Source: Candidatus Muiribacterium halophilum
GTDB taxonomy: Bacteria > Muiribacteriota > Muiribacteriia > Muiribacteriales > Muiribacteriaceae
Length of the DNA: 64,000 nucleotides
Reading direction: 5' to 3'
NCBI GenBank assembly: GCA_002869225.1
Contig: PKTG01000107.1
Coordinates: 9,623 to 73,622, forward strand
Shown: one piece after another, positions 58,493-64,000 of the stretch
How the letters are laid out: each line of letters begins with the position of its first letter
Numbering within the stretch: the first letter of the stretch is position 1
The notes under the pieces: generated by a model
What the model saw: the letters and a program-made list of their open reading frames with translations, nothing else
Told to the model about the DNA's origin: nothing
Database searches by the model: none
Made by a program: the position numbers and the translations under genes

Positions 58493-59800
58493 TTGGATTT
58501 TGAACATCTCGAGGAGAAGATAGATTCAATCGATACATTGAAGGTAAATGGGAAAGTGACCCATGTAATAGGTCTTTTGATTGAATCTATGGGACCTTCA
58601 GCAAGAATAGGAGAGCTCTGTTATATATACCCGAGAGGTTCAAAGGAACCTATTTACTCTGAGATTGTTGGATTTAAAGAAAATAAAGTGCTTCTTATGC
58701 CTTTCTCCGAGGTGCATAACATTGCTCCCGGATGTGAAGTAAGAGCAAGCGGTCATACAATGAAGGTGCCAGTTGGCAAAGCTCTTCTTGGAAGAGTTAT
58801 CGATGGACTTGGAAGACCCCTTGACGGAAAAGGACCTATAAGACCGGAAAAATATTGTGAGGTATATAATGAACCTCCAAATCCTCTTTCAAGACCAAGA
58901 ATAGATAAAAAACTCGAGCTTGGAGTCAAAGCTTTAGATGGAATGCTCTCCGTTGGTAGAGGACAAAGAATTGGAATATTTGCAGGTTCAGGAGTTGGTA
59001 AATCAACACTTATGGGAATGATAGCCAGAAATACTGAAGCTGATATAAACGTTTTTGCATTAGTTGGAGAGCGTGGTAGAGAGGTAAGAGAATTTATAGA
59101 AAGAGATCTTGGTGAAGAAGGTCTGAAAAGGTCTGTAGTGATATGTGCAACAAGTGACCAACCAGCTCTTATAAGACTAAAAGGAGCCTTTGTAGCTACA
59201 GCAGTAGCAGAATATTTTAGGGATCTAGGTAAAGATGTGATTCTTATGATGGATTCTGTTACTAGATTTGCGATGGCTCAGAGAGAGGTTGGACTTACAG
59301 TTGGGGAACCACCTGCAACGAGAGGATATACACCGTCTGTTTTTGCGATTCTTCCTAAATTACTTGAAAGAAGTGGAAGATCTGAAAAAGGAAGTATAAC
59401 AGGAATATATACAGTGCTTGTAGAAGGTTCAGATATGGATGAACCTGTTGCAGATGCTGTGAGAGGTATTTTAGACGGTCATATTGTGTTAAGACGTGAA
59501 CTTGTCATGCAGAACCATTATCCTGCTATAGATATTCTTGAATCTGTATCGAGACTTATGCCTGAGATAATTGAAAAAGAACATCTTTCCACTGCAAATA
59601 GGTTAAGGAGTACTTATTCTACTTACAAAGATACTGAAGATCTAATAAACATCGGTGCTTATGTAAGTGGTTCAAATCCACAGGTGGATTATTCTATTAG
59701 GAAAATAGATGAGATAAAGGATTTTCTTACTCAGGGAGTATATGAAAAATTCTCTTTTGAAGATACAGTTGATATGCTTAAGGATATTTTTAAAGGATGA
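58493..59800 (+). CDS. fliI: flagellum-specific ATP synthase FliI
   Basis: Walker A GSGVGKST. Walker B ILMMDSVTRFA. F1-ATPase-like fold length. Confidence 0.95.
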   Translation: MDFEHLEEKIDSIDTLKVNGKVTHVIGLLIESMGPSARIGELCYIYPRGSKEPIYSEIVGFKENKVLLMPFSEVHNIAPGCEVRASGHTMKVPVGKALLGRVIDGLGRPLDGKGPIRPEKYCEVYNEPPNPLSRPRIDKKLELGVKALDGMLSVGRGQRIGIFAGSGVGKSTLMGMIARNTEADINVFALVGERGREVREFIERDLGEEGLKRSVVICATSDQPALIRLKGAFVATAVAEYFRDLGKDVILMMDSVTRFAMAQREVGLTVGEPPATRGYTPSVFAILPKLLERSGRSEKGSITGIYTVLVEGSDMDEPVADAVRGILDGHIVLRRELVMQNHYPAIDILESVSRLMPEIIEKEHLSTANRLRSTYSTYKDTEDLINIGAYVSGSNPQVDYSIRKIDEIKDFLTQGVYEKFSFEDTVDMLKDIFKG

Positions 59801-59808
59801 AGGTTTAG

Positions 59809-60258
59809 ATGGCAAAATTCAAATATAAGTTTGAAAGACTTTTAAATATAAAAGAGATCGAAGAAAAAAAAGAATATTCAGAACTTGTTAGGATAAGAGA
59901 GGCTATAAAGATCAAGATAGGTGAAAAAGAAGAGGTAAATAAAAAAGTTATAGAGCTTGAAAATAACATTGAGAAGTTAGAAGTATTCTCGGTTGACCAG
60001 ATGAAATATTACAATTCAAGATTTGTAGAGCTTGATAATGAAATAGAGAAAATACAAAAAAATATTGAAAAGCTGCAGGACAATGAGAAGGTACAGAACG
60101 AAAAAGTTATAGAGATAAGTAAGAAAAAAAAGATCCTGGAAAAGTTAAAGGAAAAACATAGATTAGCTTTTAATAAGGAAGAGGAACGTAAATTGAATAA
60201 AGTGCTTGATGAACTCGGTACAAGAGGTTTTATTAGGAAGGGAAGGGGGAGTCTATGA
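59809..60258 (+). CDS. fliJ: flagellar export chaperone FliJ
   Basis: 149-aa coiled coil beginning FKYKFERLLNIKE. Position after fliI. Confidence 0.7.
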   Translation: MAKFKYKFERLLNIKEIEEKKEYSELVRIREAIKIKIGEKEEVNKKVIELENNIEKLEVFSVDQMKYYNSRFVELDNEIEKIQKNIEKLQDNEKVQNEKVIEISKKKKILEKLKEKHRLAFNKEEERKLNKVLDELGTRGFIRKGRGSL

Positions 60259-60551
60259 TAGAGAATATAATGAAAGTTAAAAATAGAATAAAGGATATTA
60301 AAAGTGATATAAACAATATTCATAAGATAAAGACCGAAGATTTTAAAAAAGAGCTGGAAAAGACTAAAGAGACAAAAAAGACTAAAGAAGTTGAAAAAGA
60401 GAGTGTAGAGACTAAGCTCAAAAAGATGGTTGACGATAATCAACTTGATAGTATTCTTGATAATAGCTCAATTAAAGATATGAAGAGAGGGGAGATCATT
60501 AATAAAAACAAACTGGATTTTTATAAGATGATCTCTGAAAAACTTTTTTAA
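60255..60551 (+). CDS. hypothetical Lys-rich protein in the flagellar operon
   Basis: Stop/start overlap with fliJ. No motif recognised. Confidence 0.4.
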   Translation: MIENIMKVKNRIKDIKSDINNIHKIKTEDFKKELEKTKETKKTKEVEKESVETKLKKMVDDNQLDSILDNSSIKDMKRGEIINKNKLDFYKMISEKLF

Positions 60552-60561
60552 GGGGTAGATC

Positions 60562-61275
60562 ATGCCTGAAGAAGAATTAGAACAACAACAAAAACCAAAA
60601 AGAAAGGCTGGATTTTTTCAAAACCTTTTAGCTTTATTATTATTTGTATTTTTTATTATATCTTTGTCTGCATTGGTAGTACTAATGGATTTCATCGGTG
60701 TAATAAATTTTAGAAGAAAACTTCCACCAAAAATAAGAGAAAATATGTATGTACAGGAATATATAAAAAAAGCCAACCTTTTAGATATGAGTGAAGAGGA
60801 AAGGCTCAAAGTTATGATAGAAAGTCAGAATAAGACCTATGAGGAGCAACAGGATCAACTGAAAAAACTCGAACATAATATTGAAGAAAAATTAAAAGCT
60901 ATGTCTGATTATGAAAAGCAATACGCTTCAAAAAAGAAGGAACTTGATGAAGCGGATAACAAGCTTGAAGATATGAAAAAAGAGATGCAGGAACTTGAAA
61001 AACAAAAGAAGCAGTATCAGGATGATATAAGAAGTGCACAGCTTGACGATCTTACAAAACAGGAAAAGTTAAAACAACTTGCGGTAATTTATGAAAAGAT
61101 GGAGCCTGAAGCAGCAGGATTGACCTTTAATGATATGGATGATGATCTTGCTATAGATATTCTGATGACTATGAAAGAGTCAAAAGCTGCTGAGATAATG
61201 AACAATATGAATGCGGAAAAAGTAGTCAAGATCGCAGAAAAATTAAAATCTAAAGGAATATGGCGGAATAAATGA
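60562..61275 (+). CDS. MgtE_N/MotE-like flagellar operon protein (YlxF-like)
   Basis: N-terminal TM, coiled coil, and a C-terminal ..MEPEAAGLTFNDMDDDLAIDILMTMKESKAAEIMNNM pattern. Confidence 0.6.
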   Translation: MPEEELEQQQKPKRKAGFFQNLLALLLFVFFIISLSALVVLMDFIGVINFRRKLPPKIRENMYVQEYIKKANLLDMSEEERLKVMIESQNKTYEEQQDQLKKLEHNIEEKLKAMSDYEKQYASKKKELDEADNKLEDMKKEMQELEKQKKQYQDDIRSAQLDDLTKQEKLKQLAVIYEKMEPEAAGLTFNDMDDDLAIDILMTMKESKAAEIMNNMNAEKVVKIAEKLKSKGIWRNK

Positions 61276-62060
61276 TGAATGATGTTATATTATTTGTATC
61301 AGGAATTATTCAGGGACTTACAGAGTTTTTACCGGTATCAAGTTCAGGTCATCTGGTTGTGTTTCAGACACTTTTTTCTTTTAAAGCACCGAAGGTAGCT
61401 ATTGAACTCATACTTCATTCAGCGACACTGCTTAGTGTGTTTTATCTTTTTAAGAAAAGGATATGGAGTATTATAAGATCGATGTTGGCTTTCAAAAAGG
61501 ATGATGATTTTAGAATGGGTATGAATATAATAATCGGAAACATACCAACTGCTATAATTGGATTTACTTTTAAAGATTTCTTTGCAAGCCTTTTTAATTC
61601 AGGAAGTTTCCCGGTAGCAATAGCACTTTTGTTTACAGGTTCTATGCTTCTTTTCACAGAAAAGATAAAAAAAGGGGAAAAGGATATCAATATAGTAACA
61701 TCAATTATAATAGGAATTGCTCAAGGACTTGCTATTATTCCTGGGATATCTAGATCAGGATCTACTATATTTATTGCATTAGCAAGAGGTGTTAAACCTG
61801 AGAAAGCGTTTGAATATTCCTTCCTTTTATCGATACCCGCAATAATGGGAGCTACAATACTTGAACTTAAGGATATCGATCTTTCTATGATCCACCCCGT
61901 TAAAATAATACCAGCCTTCCTGGCAGCTTTCTTTTCAGGAATATTTGCTTTAAAACTTTTGAAAAACTCTATCAGACAAGGAAAATTATATTTATTTGGT
62001 GTTTATTGTATAGTTATAGCGGTTGCTCTGATAATTTATACGAGGTTTCTAAATGCTTGA
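61272..62060 (+). CDS. uppP: undecaprenyl-diphosphate phosphatase
   Basis: GLTEFLPVSSSGHL and PGISRSGSTI motifs. 8-TM profile. Confidence 0.9.
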   Translation: MMNDVILFVSGIIQGLTEFLPVSSSGHLVVFQTLFSFKAPKVAIELILHSATLLSVFYLFKKRIWSIIRSMLAFKKDDDFRMGMNIIIGNIPTAIIGFTFKDFFASLFNSGSFPVAIALLFTGSMLLFTEKIKKGEKDINIVTSIIIGIAQGLAIIPGISRSGSTIFIALARGVKPEKAFEYSFLLSIPAIMGATILELKDIDLSMIHPVKIIPAFLAAFFSGIFALKLLKNSIRQGKLYLFGVYCIVIAVALIIYTRFLNA

Positions 62061-64000
62061 TAAAAGACATAAAAAACAGGTGGCTGGGGTCTTATTCTGT
62101 GGGGTTTCTATATTACTTATATTTGCTTTTTTTTCAAGTGATTCTGGTCTGTTTGGTAATCTTGTAGAACATCTGAAAAGATTTACTGGTACTGGAGTAT
62201 TACTTGCTGCCTATTTTTTCTGGATAACAGGAGTTTCTTTTTTTTATAAAGAAAAGGATGAGAATAAAGATTTTATGCTGGATCTACTTGCGTGGCTTCT
62301 ATTCACGTGTTGTTTTCTTATAATAACCGGTAAAATTGACAAAGGCGGGAATATAGGTTCTTTTGTATATCAATCTTTTGTATATGTTTTTGGAAATACA
62401 GGAACGATCATCTTAGCATATCTTTTGACTTTAGTTTCTCTGTTGATAACATTTAGGATCGATCTGGTAAAAGTCTTTTTAAAGATAAACACATATATCA
62501 AAAGTGAAAGATTAAAAGATGTATTAAAAAGATTTTTAGTAAAACAAAAAAATAAGGAAAACAGTTTAAAAGAAGAGAATATATCCACAGATAGTTTAGC
62601 TCAAACACATGTGTTTGATGTAAGAAAGACAATTGAAAAAGAAGAAGATGTCAATAATAAAAAATCGGAAACAAAATCAATTGAAGAGAATAAGGTTGAA
62701 GAAAAACCAAAACAGGAAAAATCAGAGAAAAATGAAAATAAATCCGATAAAAAAAGAAAAGAAAATATTAAAAAATCAAAAGATCAGGAAGATAACAGTT
62801 CAGATATTTCTGAAGAGATAAAAGAGAAAAAAGGATTAGAAAAGGAATCTGAGACAGAAGAGTTTGTGCTTCCACCGGTAGAACTATTGGATGATATAGA
62901 AGTTAAACAGACTGTTTCTGAGGATGAACTTCAAATAAAGGGAGAAAAACTCCTTAGTACATTGTCATCTTTTAAGATACAGGCAGAGATAATAGCAACC
63001 ACCATAGGACCATCAGTTACACGATTTGAACTCAGGTTGGCTGCGGGAATCAAAGTCTCTAAATTACTTGGTTTATCAAATGATATAGGTGTTACCCTTG
63101 CTACAAAAAATATTAGGATCGAAGCTCCTATACCAGGAAAATCAGCTATTGGTATTGAGATACCAAATGAAAATCCTATGTTAGTCCCATTCAGACAGGT
63201 AATAGATAAAGTCAAAAAATCCGATCATTCACTTAGAATGGGTCTAGGTAAGAATATAAACGGTAAAGAGGTAATATAGAATCTTGGAAAGATGCCGCAT
63301 CTTCTTATTGCAGGATCAACCGGTTCAGGTAAGAGTGTATGTGTAAATACCATCATAGCTTCAATGCTTTTTAATGCTTATCCCGATGATCTTAAGTTTA
63401 TTATGGTAGATCCTAAGATGGTTGAGTTAAGTGTATACAATGGTATACCACATCTTCTTATACCAGTTGTGACAGATCCAAAGAAAGCTGCCGCAGCTCT
63501 TGGTTGGGCAGTTGAAGAGATGGAAAGAAGATACTCTATGCTTGCTGATTATAAAGTGAAAAAACTGGAGGAGTTTAACGAAAAGATGCAGGGGCTAGCC
63601 GAAGAATATCCTTCGGATAAGGATAAATATGAAAAACTTCCTTATATTGTAATAATAATTGATGAACTTGCTGATCTTATGGTTGTTGCAAGAAATGAAG
63701 TCGAGGAATCTATCATGAGAATAGCTCAGAAGGCAAGAGCTGTTGGAATACATCTTATTATCGCAACTCAGAGACCTTCTGTAAATGTTATAACCGGTGT
63801 TATAAAAGCTAATCTGCCATCGAGAATTTCCTTCGCCGTACAATCTCAGACCGATTCAAGGACGATATTGGATCAGAAAGGTGCTGAGAGTCTTATTGGA
63901 AAAGGGGATATGCTTTTCTGGCCAATAGGTCAAAACGCACCGATGAGGATGCATGGTGCATTCGTCTCAAACGAAGAGGTTGAAAGACTTGTAAGTTACT
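62053..64000 (+). pseudogene. ftsK: DNA translocase FtsK (3' end outside the window) with one in-frame TAG (63277-63279)
   Basis: N-terminal TM helices, Lys/Glu-rich linker, alpha domain. ..[34 protein letters not shown] continues in the same frame through Walker A and the [11 protein letters not shown]alker B. Confidence 0.85.

Noticed and set aside
1-64000. Global genetic-code reassignment (TGA as Trp/Gly, or TAA/TAG as Gln).
   Set aside because: TAA, TAG and TGA each terminate many genes here at canonical protein lengths, often followed by terminators or coupled starts. Translating under code 4 or 25 would fuse unrelated genes.

Overview
AT-rich (by eye roughly one-third G+C) chromosomal segment from a flagellated, diderm, probably anaerobic bacterium; I cannot assign the taxon. 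About 60 genes are tightly packed, mostly on the + strand. Content is housekeeping and envelope: the 3' part of pyruvate:ferredoxin oxidoreductase, a response regulator/unknown/histidine kinase operon, two histidine kinase plus subtilase pairs, hfq-maf, three pseudopilins, nadC, smpB, an AmiC-like amidase, a trehalose cluster (treT, otsB, otsA), NamZ/NagZ-like muropeptide genes, a molybdenum hydroxylase cluster with amidohydrolase and a secreted PAD/agmatine-deiminase homologue, GT2 plus B12-radical SAM, hsp20, a standalone SIR2-like gene, metG, fliE-fliJ, uppP and ftsK. I saw no rRNA, tRNA, CRISPR, transposase or integrase. The most unusual signal is ten in-frame stop codons (6 TAA, 2 TAG, 2 TGA) in eight otherwise intact conserved + strand genes, always in frame. 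Both TGAs fall on family-invariant Gly positions, yet all three stop codons also terminate normal genes here. Second is a mosaic family of intergenic repeats (GGATTTTGG / CTAAATCCTAA words plus 7-9 nt periodic GTGAA/ACGC tracts) at ten or more loci. Smaller items: a consensus sigma-54 promoter in front of hsp20, a 36-bp duplicated gene end forming a mini-ORF before hfq, and G7/C9 homopolymer tracts at translationally sensitive positions.
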